Source: Promethearchaeia archaeon | Lineage (GTDB): Archaea; Asgardarchaeota; Lokiarchaeia; Sigyniarchaeales; SOKP01 | Length of the DNA stretch: 64,000 bases | Reading direction: 5' to 3' | Assembly (NCBI GenBank): GCA_029856145.1 | Contig: JAHQWK010000004.1 | Span: forward strand, 128,001-192,000 | Shown here: positions 49,841 through 59,210 of the stretch, piece after piece | Layout of the letters: every line of letters begins with the position of its first letter | How positions within the stretch are numbered: position 1 is the stretch's first letter | Translations under genes and position numbers: made by a program | Notes under the pieces: model-generated | What the model saw: the letters and a program-made list of their open reading frames with translations, nothing else | What the model was told of the DNA's origin: nothing | Databases searched by the model: none

Positions 49841-52768
49841 TCATAAATATTTTAATAATTCTTCTACTCTAAGACTGTTTGTTATCTTTTTAGGGATATA
49901 AAAAGAAAATGTTGATCCCATCCCTAATTTACTTGTAAAAGAAATATTTCCACCATGTAAATTAATAATTCTCTTGGTTAGAGACAATCCTAAGCCTGAA
50001 CCTGGCATAGAATCAACATATGGAAATTTTACCCTTTTAAAATCTTTAAATATAATGTTAAGATCTTCTTTAGCAATTCCTATTCCTGTATCTTTTACAT
50101 TAAATTCCCAATTATCTTTTTTATCTATAAATTCAAATGTAACAGTCCCCCTTTCAGTAAACTTTATGGCATTACTTAGTAGATTATAAATAATTTGTTT
50201 AAATTTAAGTCGATCAGCTAATATAATCTGTTTTTTTTTCACATCTTTTAATTCAATCTTTAAATCCTTTTTGCTATATAGGGATTTTAAAGTTGAGATT
50301 ACTTGATTAACTAGATCATATAATTGGATATTGTCAATTTTTACAGAAACTTGCCCCGATTCAATCTTTGATATATCTAGGATATTTGATATCATATCCA
50401 ATAAATGTTTTGATGATTCTTCAATATCTTTAATGAATTCTAATTGTTCTGAATTTAATTGACCGTAAACTCCTTCCAGGAGCAAATCCGTAAAACCAAT
50501 AATGGCATTTAATGGGGTTCTTAATTCGTGAGACATAGTTGCTAAAAATTCTGTTTTAAAATGAGATGCTTTTAAAATCTGATCTAAATACAGTTTTTGT
50601 TGGTCAAGCGCAACTTTCAATTCTTTGGTTCTCAGTTTAACTTCCCTTTCTAATTCTTGACTAAACTTCTTTCTTAAAGCTTCTGCTCTCTTTCTTTCGC
50701 TGACATCCCGGAAAAAACCTTTAAAACCAATTATTTCTCCATTAGAATTATATCTTAAATATACAGAAGTTTCTTGATATATTCTGTCCCCATCTTTTCT
50801 TATAACTTGAGAATTAATTAATTTGAATCCTTCTCCTTTCTTATATAAATCATTATATACACGAAATACTCTCTCTTTGGTTTCTTCATCAAACACCATG
50901 CTATAACTCTTATTTAATAATTCTTCACGTGAATACCCGCTACTCTTACATAACGCATCATTGAAAAATGTGAAATTCCCTTCAAGATCAACTTCAAAAT
51001 ATCCTTCATTAATATTTTCAAGCACACTTCTATATTTTTCTTCTGACTCACTTAATTTTTGTTCAGCTTTCTTACGTTCGGTAACATCTACAAGTGCAGC
51101 CAAAATTGCGTCTTTTCCTTGATATTGGATAGTTTTAGAATAGGTGTCCATCCATTTTATTTCACCATTTTTAGTAAAAATCCTATACATTCTGTCGAAT
51201 TTCTCATCAATCAATCCTTTTTGTCTATGGCTCAATCGTTTTATAATAAGACCTCTATCCTCAGGATGAACAACATTGAGAAATTCTTTCATGGACCATT
51301 CTTTTATTTCTTTTTCAGAATATCCCAACATTTTCGTAATGGTTTTATTTATATATTGGATACTAGAATCCTTTATTATACAAATCCCCATAAAAGATTG
51401 TTCGGTGATCTCTCTAAAGTTTTCTTCAGATTCTTTTAAGCGTTGTTCTGATAATTTTCGCTCGGTTATATCTCTTGAGACTGTTATTGCTCTTAATTGA
51501 TCATCAGACCCCTTAAAGACTGATCCCGTTGTATCTACCCAGATATAATTTCCATTTCTGTGTCGAAGTCTTAATTCACCCCTTCCTCTGCCCCTTTTAA
51601 AACTCTCTCTTATTATTTTTAAAGCTCGCTTAATATCATCTGGATGGATAATATCATGTCGGGTCTTTCCTAACATATCTTTATTATTATATCCTAAAAT
51701 TCTTTGATATGTATTTTCATTTATATATTCATGTTCATATTTACTATTTAGAACCACAATTAAGTCATTGGCATTTTCAGTAATTAAACGATACTTCTCT
51801 TCTGATTCTTTTAACTTTTTTTCGATTTCAGCTTTTTCTGTAAGATCATTATAAATGGCAACAATCTCCCCAGAAGGAAGTTTATATACGTAGTTTTCCC
51901 TCCAACCAGCGATTCTCTCGTCCTGGTAAAGAGAAATAGGGTGATATAATGGTTCTCCTGTCTTCCACACCCTTTGAAAAACTTCAAAAAGACCAAATTC
52001 TTTTATACTTGGAAAGATTTTTGTGACTTTTTTACCAATAACCTCTTTTTTCTTAATCTTTTCTATTTTTTGAGCTGCTAAATTTAAATCTTTAAAAATA
52101 AAGGCTTCACCATTATGAATCGCCTTATATACTGCTACACCACTACTCATTGTGTTAAAAAGTTCTCGATATCTTTTTTCAGATTCTTTTAATATATCTT
52201 CAGTTAGTTTTCTCTCAATTGCGTTTCCAATTATTCGTGAAGAAATTTGCAATAGATTTAAATCCTCTTCTACCCAATTTCTCAACTCTAAATCATCATC
52301 GAATCCTATAAATCCTCCAATTTCACCATTGATATACAAAGGAATAGTTATGTTAGCTTTTACTCCATGATTTTTCAATAAATTTTTAATATTTTTAGCT
52401 TCTGGTGGAAGTCTTGAAACATCTTCAATAATTAGTGGGTTTCCTTTAAGAAGTTGTTTTATTACCCATGGAACTTCGTTCAATTGCAAGTGTTTATAAT
52501 CATTAATATGAGATTCTGCATTCACATTACACCATTCATGAGTATTTATCATATATGGTTTTTCTTTATTAAAGAGGAAAATGAAAACCCTACTGGCATG
52601 TATAAATTCCCCCATATCAGCAAGCGATTTATTTATAACTTTATCAAGTTCATAATTTCCAACAAATCGGGAAGAAATCGATGAAACTAGTTTCTCAAAC
52701 CTTAGTTTTCTTGTAATTGATATATCTTCTTTCACTTGTGTAGTTTTATCTCTCAAATTAGACACCAT
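49841..52768 (-). CDS. Cytoplasmic GAF-PAS(x4) histidine kinase
   Basis: SHELRTPLN, NAIKFT, DTGIG, GSGLGL; repeated HPD/ED and DITE. Confidence 0.95.
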   Translation of the reverse strand: MVSNLRDKTTQVKEDISITRKLRFEKLVSSISSRFVGNYELDKVINKSLADMGEFIHASRVFIFLFNKEKPYMINTHEWCNVNAESHINDYKHLQLNEVPWVIKQLLKGNPLIIEDVSRLPPEAKNIKNLLKNHGVKANITIPLYINGEIGGFIGFDDDLELRNWVEEDLNLLQISSRIIGNAIERKLTEDILKESEKRYRELFNTMSSGVAVYKAIHNGEAFIFKDLNLAAQKIEKIKKKEVIGKKVTKIFPSIKEFGLFEVFQRVWKTGEPLYHPISLYQDERIAGWRENYVYKLPSGEIVAIYNDLTEKAEIEKKLKESEEKYRLITENANDLIVVLNSKYEHEYINENTYQRILGYNNKDMLGKTRHDIIHPDDIKRALKIIRESFKRGRGRGELRLRHRNGNYIWVDTTGSVFKGSDDQLRAITVSRDITERKLSEQRLKESEENFREITEQSFMGICIIKDSSIQYINKTITKMLGYSEKEIKEWSMKEFLNVVHPEDRGLIIKRLSHRQKGLIDEKFDRMYRIFTKNGEIKWMDTYSKTIQYQGKDAILAALVDVTERKKAEQKLSESEEKYRSVLENINEGYFEVDLEGNFTFFNDALCKSSGYSREELLNKSYSMVFDEETKERVFRVYNDLYKKGEGFKLINSQVIRKDGDRIYQETSVYLRYNSNGEIIGFKGFFRDVSERKRAEALRKKFSQELEREVKLRTKELKVALDQQKLYLDQILKASHFKTEFLATMSHELRTPLNAIIGFTDLLLEGVYGQLNSEQLEFIKDIEESSKHLLDMISNILDISKIESGQVSVKIDNIQLYDLVNQVISTLKSLYSKKDLKIELKDVKKKQIILADRLKFKQIIYNLLSNAIKFTERGTVTFEFIDKKDNWEFNVKDTGIGIAKEDLNIIFKDFKRVKFPYVDSMPGSGLGLSLTKRIINLHGGNISFTSKLGMGSTFSFYIPKKITNSLRVEELLKYL

Positions 52769-52823
52769 TTTATCTCCTCAATCTTCAACCCAAATTTGAT
52801 GAAATGATTAATTTTTATTTAAC

Positions 52824-53705
52824 TTAATCTTCTTTCTCCTTAAGATAGAGAAAAATATTAAAAAATTCAATCTCTTTATTGAAATGTGAATTTTCCATAT
52901 TAATACAATCTCTTTCTAATCCAATTTTAAAATAATATGCTCTATTAGTTAATTTAAAGAAGTCGTATTCATCAAAACTTTCTACAACACCTAATTTCTC
53001 TAACTCTTCTATATAGAGTTTGGCCTTTTTAGAATTGATTTTAAATTTTTGAGATACATCATCGATACTATACTTTACATTAATATCGGATTTTAATATC
53101 ATAGATAATTGGTTTTTCAGCTTTTGAAATTCTTCACTCTTGATTGGAATTTTATTTCTTTTAATAATTAAATTTAAAATTTCTGAAATTATACAAAAGG
53201 TATTATAAAAGTTGTCTTTTGTAATAGATGTTTGATATATCTCAAAATCCTTACCTTGTGGATGTTGAATTGTAATGAACTCTTGGATAGTCTTTAATTT
53301 ACTACATACATAGGCATTACTCCTAAGATCTATTTTATGTAAAAAAGCAATAATATTACATGAATGAAGGTGAAGATCTTTTTTCACTTTATATATATTG
53401 ATTAAAAATTTAATTATAGATTCTAATGAATTTCCAATGTCAAAAACACAAATTATGATATTACTTTCACTAAATACATCTTTCCCTTTATCTGAAAACC
53501 AAGTTTCATTTTCTTGTCCTGCTAAATCAAAGACTCCTAAATCAGTATTAGATGTTGTATAAATTCTAGAGCTAATCCCTCTTGATGGTTGCAAAGGTTC
53601 TTCTAAAAGTGAAATTGGGCTCACTTGATCGAAATAGACTTTCTGGAGTGTTGTTTTTCCTACTCCAGATGGACCAACAAGAACAATTTTTTTTCTACTT
53701 ATCAA
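52824..53705 (-). CDS. Rag/Gtr-like small GTPase plus C-terminal winged helix
   Basis: GPSGVGKT, QPSRG, DLAGQ, HKID, TSI. Confidence 0.8.
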   Translation of the reverse strand: MISRKKIVLVGPSGVGKTTLQKVYFDQVSPISLLEEPLQPSRGISSRIYTTSNTDLGVFDLAGQENETWFSDKGKDVFSESNIIICVFDIGNSLESIIKFLINIYKVKKDLHLHSCNIIAFLHKIDLRSNAYVCSKLKTIQEFITIQHPQGKDFEIYQTSITKDNFYNTFCIISEILNLIIKRNKIPIKSEEFQKLKNQLSMILKSDINVKYSIDDVSQKFKINSKKAKLYIEELEKLGVVESFDEYDFFKLTNRAYYFKIGLERDCINMENSHFNKEIEFFNIFLYLKEKED

Positions 53706-53740
53706 AGGTATTAACCGATTTTTAAATAAATTTGTATTAT

Positions 53741-54424
53741 TTATTGCATGGAATTTTTTAGATATTTTTCTAGAGATATAATTATATCTTTACATGATTC
53801 TAACATCATTTCTATAAAATTTATTAAATTCTCATTTGATAGACTTTTATTTTCCTTTTTATCTTCTAAAATTAAATCACAAAATCCTTGAATTGTATTA
53901 ATACCACTACGAATTTGTAGATTAAATCTTTCTAATGGAAGAATTTCATTTTTTTTTATATAGATATAGCTTAATTCTTTAAAAAAACTCTCAAATACAT
54001 TTTTATCATCTGATAATATTTTATCTTCACCAATTTTACGAAACATCATTTCAATTTTTCTAAAATGTATTATAGGAATTAAAGGATATTCGATATCACG
54101 AAGTAAAATGATAGAATATAATTGCTTTCCACCTCGAGCATTATTATCTTCGACTTCGATTTTATAGATTTGAGAATAGAAATAATTAAAATCTAAAATT
54201 ACAAATTGATTTTTTGTATTTAAAGCATCTCTTAGAAGATTTCTAATAAAATGTTTCTGTCTTTCAATATTGACTGACGTGTATATAGCTCTTGGTCCTA
54301 GGGTATGATCATATTTACCAATAATTATTATGAAAGGATTTTTTTCTAAAATTGATTGAAAATTCTTATAAGTATCCGAAATTTCATTTTCTATGGATTC
54401 TTTTGTTAAATTTTTTTCTATCAT
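53741..54424 (-). CDS. Longin/uDENN-like domain fused to a degenerate HisKA (DHp) helix pair
   Basis: 'IIIIGKYDHTLGPRAIY'; 'NLQIRSGINTIQGFCDLIL'. Confidence 0.6.
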   Translation of the reverse strand: MIEKNLTKESIENEISDTYKNFQSILEKNPFIIIIGKYDHTLGPRAIYTSVNIERQKHFIRNLLRDALNTKNQFVILDFNYFYSQIYKIEVEDNNARGGKQLYSIILLRDIEYPLIPIIHFRKIEMMFRKIGEDKILSDDKNVFESFFKELSYIYIKKNEILPLERFNLQIRSGINTIQGFCDLILEDKKENKSLSNENLINFIEMMLESCKDIIISLEKYLKNSMQ

Positions 54425-54658
54425 AAAATTTCCTCATTTCTGAATAAATATTTCTTATCTATATCATTTTCAGAATAATACAATAGAGATTTTTGAATTA
54501 AAATTTTAAATTAATATACACTAAAATAGATACTAATTTGGTATAATAGTAACAAATTTTATTTATTAATTTATTTATTTTACTAAATAATTATTATTCA
54601 GTACAAAAAAATGATAATTTAGTAAAAATTTATAAAACAATAAAATTATTAGTAAAAT

Positions 54659-56158
54659 ATGTCAGAATCTGCAAAAACAATCATAAAATATTTCTGTGAT
54701 CGATTTCTTGACTTAGATTATTATCCAACTAATTTAAAAACCATATTAGATTTGGAATTAGATAAATTACGAAGTATAAAAGATGATGAAATAGAGAAAT
54801 TTAAAAAAATCGATATCGTGAGTCTACGCGACCTTACTAAACTAGAGGATTATGGATTTGAAAATTTGATTGAAAAACTGCATATTGAAAAATCAACTAT
54901 AAAAAATGCTCTTATCGCATCAACTCTTATATCTAACGCTTGGAATAAAAGGAATTTATATCTGAAAAAACAAAAATTGAAGGTTGTAGTGGCTGGTCTT
55001 GATTTCGCGGGTAAAACATCTCTCATAAATAGATTGATTAATGATTATAATTATAATGATATGGCTAATCTAGAACCCACAATAGGAGCAAATGTAGAGG
55101 AATATCAATCTGATAAATTAGATTTAATTCTCTGGGACCTTGGAGGACAGAAAGATCATGTAGACGAATATCTTGCTTCTCCAGAAAGTTTTTTTATAAA
55201 CGTAGATATCATGATATTTGTAATTGATTCACAAGATGATGTTAGATATTTAGAAGCTGTAAACTTTTTGAATGATATAATTGATATTCTCAAATTCTTG
55301 AAAGAGAATCCTTTTATTGTAGTTTTATTGAATAAAGCAGATTTAGATATCAGAAAAGATCCTGATTTTCAAATTAAGCTTGAATATCTAGCAGATAAAA
55401 TTTCAGAGATTTTTAAAAAATCTGAAAATCCTTGGAATTTTGAGATCATTCCCACAAGTATTTATAATTATTATTCTAATCAACCAGAAATAGTTAAAAG
55501 TATTAAAAATATCTTTTCAAAAGGAAAAGAGGAGACAGATAAAGAGATTGTGATACCTGACATTGAAGAAAAATTTCAGAAAATTTTAGATCTTAATCTG
55601 AAATTGATGGATAAATTCGTATCTGAGCTTGCGGAAATTAAACGAGCTTTACTACGATTAAATCCATCAGATATAACTCAATCTCTTTTTTCAGTTCCTT
55701 TCAAAAAAGTACAACCAGATTATATATCTCCAGACTTAAAATCAAATGGAAAAAGTAAAAAAAAGAAGAAGAAAGCTAAAATTGATGAATTTCAAAAAAA
55801 GAAAAAAACTAAAAAAGGTTCAGGACCTCCAAAACCACTGCCAACACACCCTTCTTTAAAAATAGAAGAAGAAAAAATAGTTAAAAACGAAAAACTCACA
55901 ACTAAGAAATTAGAAAAAGTTAAATCTTCTTTAAAATCAAAATCTCAATTATCTAAGATGTCATCTAGTCCACCAACAGCTCCACTAACAACACCTAAAC
56001 AGGATGAAATCAACTTAAATTCGCTTAAACCTCCACCTCCCCCTCCAAGAATTTCAACAAGTGGCAATATTAGATCAACCTCACCTAGAGGTGAAGTCCT
56101 TTCAGAATTAAAAGAAATGTTCTTGAAGCGAGGCTTAGTCAATCGTTATGACTTCTAA
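54659..56158 (+). CDS. Arf-like small GTPase with N-terminal HhH-like domain and basic/polyproline C-tail
   Basis: GLDFAGKT, EPTIG, WDLGGQ, NKAD. Confidence 0.85.
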   Translation: MSESAKTIIKYFCDRFLDLDYYPTNLKTILDLELDKLRSIKDDEIEKFKKIDIVSLRDLTKLEDYGFENLIEKLHIEKSTIKNALIASTLISNAWNKRNLYLKKQKLKVVVAGLDFAGKTSLINRLINDYNYNDMANLEPTIGANVEEYQSDKLDLILWDLGGQKDHVDEYLASPESFFINVDIMIFVIDSQDDVRYLEAVNFLNDIIDILKFLKENPFIVVLLNKADLDIRKDPDFQIKLEYLADKISEIFKKSENPWNFEIIPTSIYNYYSNQPEIVKSIKNIFSKGKEETDKEIVIPDIEEKFQKILDLNLKLMDKFVSELAEIKRALLRLNPSDITQSLFSVPFKKVQPDYISPDLKSNGKSKKKKKKAKIDEFQKKKKTKKGSGPPKPLPTHPSLKIEEEKIVKNEKLTTKKLEKVKSSLKSKSQLSKMSSSPPTAPLTTPKQDEINLNSLKPPPPPPRISTSGNIRSTSPRGEVLSELKEMFLKRGLVNRYDF

Positions 56159-56363
56159 TTAAGTTTATTGATTAAAATAGCTGTATAAGATTTATGTCTT
56201 ATCTTAATACTAACAATGAAATTTCTCACAATCAGAGATATGATATTTATAATTCTTTAGAATTATTTGATCAATTTTAAATATTTATTAGTGTAAAATT
56301 CAACTAAAGAATAGAATAAAAAAATGAATTATTGGATAATTTTCTAATCAAAGGTGAAAGTTC

Positions 56364-57227
56364 ATGTCGAATAGTGACAAAAAAACAAAGGAAATGGAAC
56401 AATATGAGCAAGAGACTGGAAAACAAGCAATTTGGCAGGGAAAAACCACTAAGGGATTCCTAAGATGGAAAAAAGGTGAAAAAAATTATTATGCTGATAA
56501 AAAAAGAATTTCCGTTTATGTATCAAGTGAAACTGAAAGGAATTGGAAGGAATATATTAACACACATAAAATTACTTCATTTTCTAAACTAATTAGAGAA
56601 AGCGTTAATTATTATATTAAAGAAAGATCTAAATTTGGTGGAAATTTATTTCCGGATTTAGAAACTAGTACTAAATCTAAAATGACTCACACTTTGAAAG
56701 AAAAGCTAACAACGATAAAAGGATTTTCGCAATTATTACTTGAAAAATATAGTGGGAATTTAAATGATGAAATAAAAACGATTATTAATAATGTCTTGAA
56801 GGAAACTAAACAATTGGAAAATAAATTCATAGTTCAATTAGAAGAAAAAGAATTTAAACCTTCACAATATGATATTTTACTCATTGAAGATAATTTGTCT
56901 ACTATAGATTTATTGAAAAATTATTTTGAAAGCAAGGGGTATTCTTTTAAAGGAGTATTAACAGGTTTGGAAGGAATTGAAGAACTATCCTCGTCTACTC
57001 CAAAATTAATATTGCTGGATATAATTTTACCAGATGTTAGTGGATATGATATTTGTAAGGACATAAAATCTAATATGAATTTAAAAGAAATACCTGTATT
57101 TTACTTAACTGCTTTACCCGGTATTAACGTAGAGAATAAAATAGAAGAAACAATGGCAGATGGTTTTATTTTAAAACCTTTTGATTTACTAGATTTAGAA
57201 TTTTTATTTGATTATCTCCAAACTTAG
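56364..57227 (+). CDS. RHH-like plus DHp plus receiver hybrid response regulator
   Basis: RISVYVS...FSKLIRESV; THTLKEKLTTIKGF; IEDN, LLDIILP, ILKP. Confidence 0.8.
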   Translation: MSNSDKKTKEMEQYEQETGKQAIWQGKTTKGFLRWKKGEKNYYADKKRISVYVSSETERNWKEYINTHKITSFSKLIRESVNYYIKERSKFGGNLFPDLETSTKSKMTHTLKEKLTTIKGFSQLLLEKYSGNLNDEIKTIINNVLKETKQLENKFIVQLEEKEFKPSQYDILLIEDNLSTIDLLKNYFESKGYSFKGVLTGLEGIEELSSSTPKLILLDIILPDVSGYDICKDIKSNMNLKEIPVFYLTALPGINVENKIEETMADGFILKPFDLLDLEFLFDYLQT

Positions 57228-57277
57228 CACAAATAGCATTTAAGTCAATTAATTACTTGTTTTAAACATAGTTGTCA

Positions 57278-57394
57278 TTACTTATAATTGGAAGTGAAAT
57301 TTAAATCTAATTCTCCAACCACATTTGAGATATTATTTATTATATATTGATATCTCATTTCGGAATCATGTAATACATTTTCAATTTCAGTCAA
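57278..57394 (-). pseudogene. PAS-domain relic
   Basis: LTEIENVLHDSEMRYQYIINNISNVVGELDLNFTSNYK* resembles LSESEEKYRSVLENINEGYFEVDLEGNFT in the neighbouring kinase. Confidence 0.55.
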
Positions 57395-57763
57395 TTTTTA
57401 TACAACCCTTTTAATTTTTAAGAAGATTAGTAAATTAAGAATTAAATCGTCTTTTTTTTAGTAATTTACGTTATTTTTAATCCTAATCTTTTACCCAATT
57501 TTGAAGTAAGTTAACTTTTTATTTAATAAATTCGATGATAATGTTGAAACTAGATCATAGGCATATTTTTTTGCACTACTAAACTTGATTTAGGTAACCT
57601 TAAAAATAAAAAATTTTATCTCTAGTGTAAATATTAAAAAATTTTGCATCTGATTCAACTTGATAATAATCACTATAATTTCGAGAATTTCAAAGTGTAA
57701 TCGATCATACTTTATTATGTAAAGTGTTACGCAATTATTAAAAGAAAAGAGTATGAATTTAAC

Positions 57764-58714
57764 ATGCCGGAAAAAATAACTTTGATAGGAAGAGCGGGGG
57801 TTGGAAAAACAAGTATACTTAGAGTATTATTCGAAGGAGAATATTCTAAAGATCTTATGATTAATCCGCTTGAACCTACACGTGGTATAATACCTAAGAT
57901 TTATTCATGGATGGACATAGAATTAAGTATTTTTGACACTTCCGGACAAGAATTACCATTTCTGTTAGAGGATGAGAATGAACAGATGATCGCCTTTGAT
58001 AAGGTTGCTATTGTTATCTACATCTTTGATTATCCAAATTGGATAAATCAATCTCAAGATATTGTTAATGAAATAAACATGGTATTCAAAATATTAAAAC
58101 TTAAAAATATTGAAAATAATCTTGTATTAATCTTTCATAAGATTGATTTAATAAAACAAAAAGCTAGTGTTAATTACCAGTTAATGAAAAGTGGAATTAA
58201 AGAACGATTAAATCTCCCAAAAAATATACCTCTTTACCTTACAAGTATATCTCCAGAATTAGATTTCACATCATATAATGCTTTTTCTGAGATATTGAGT
58301 AGTTTATCACAAGATTCCAATAATTTAAAGTTAATTGTTGATGAAAAGATCAGGTTTCTCTCAGAATCGATCTGTTTTATTACTAATAAAGAGAATTTTA
58401 TAATAGTTCAATCAATTACACAAGATTTCAATACAGATTTAATTTATAAATTATATATTTTGGTTTCCTATTATGTAAAATCTATTTCTACAAATAGTGA
58501 TTTTGAAAATGTTATTCATTCAATTGATTCAACGACCCTTACTTTAAGCTTAATTGTTAGTAATCTTGAAAATTTAAATCCAAATCTTAAAAACTTAGTT
58601 TTAATATCGGATACTAATAACAAAGATGATTTATTCAAGGTAAAGGAAAATATAAAGTTAGAGATTGAAAAATATTATGATTCTGCTGATAATAAAAATA
58701 TCAAAAAGAAATAA
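57764..58714 (+). CDS. Rag/Gtr-like small GTPase plus roadblock-like domain
   Basis: GRAGVGKT, EPTRG, DTSGQ, HKID, TSI; paralog of 46333..47658. Confidence 0.85.
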   Translation: MPEKITLIGRAGVGKTSILRVLFEGEYSKDLMINPLEPTRGIIPKIYSWMDIELSIFDTSGQELPFLLEDENEQMIAFDKVAIVIYIFDYPNWINQSQDIVNEINMVFKILKLKNIENNLVLIFHKIDLIKQKASVNYQLMKSGIKERLNLPKNIPLYLTSISPELDFTSYNAFSEILSSLSQDSNNLKLIVDEKIRFLSESICFITNKENFIIVQSITQDFNTDLIYKLYILVSYYVKSISTNSDFENVIHSIDSTTLTLSLIVSNLENLNPNLKNLVLISDTNNKDDLFKVKENIKLEIEKYYDSADNKNIKKK

Positions 58715-58813
58715 CAACTGAAAATCACTATATTTTCTTAGGTAATTTCTATTCTAATTCTGAAAATTGTTAAGGAATATTAAACATAATATATTTCTAT
58801 TAAGATCCTTCAT

Positions 58814-59102
58814 TTAAGTGTAAATATGTGAAAAAGTCTCTACAGTTTTTACAATATCTGTAGCTAAATAATTTTACTTAAACACTGAAGCAAAGAAAGC
58901 ACGATCTCTTGGGTTGAAATAATTATACCCAAACTTTTTCCATTCAATACTGACTTGTAAAGGGGCAAAAAGAGAAATCTGATCTTTCATTAAATTCATC
59001 AATAATAAGTTTCTCTCTTGCAGAGTATTATTAGATATAGTATTTAATAAAATACATTCACTAAAAAAATCCCAAGAATCCTTAAATTGAATACAGAATT
59101 TT
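58814..59102 (-). pseudogene. Diverged copy of the 3' end of the amidohydrolase gene
   Basis: ...IEWKKFGYNYFNPRDRAFFASVFK*NYLATD...FSHIYT; internal TAA at 58874-58876. Confidence 0.9.
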
Positions 59103-59108
59103 TATATA

Positions 59109-59205
59109 GAAGGAAGGAGAAAAGGATTATTATTATATTGATAATAAAAGAAATTCTGGCTCTGTATCAAGTGAAACTGAAAAGAATTGGTAGAAATTTA
59201 TGAAT
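59109..59205 (+). pseudogene. Fragment of a paralog of 56364..57227
   Basis: YYIDNKRNSGSVSSETEKNW*KFMN versus YYADKKRISVYVSSETERNWKEYIN. Confidence 0.75.
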
Positions 59206-59210
59206 TATTT

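Noticed and set aside
44231-52684. Numerous short plus-strand ORFs from the track
   Set aside because: Antisense to well-supported kinase, GTPase and receiver genes
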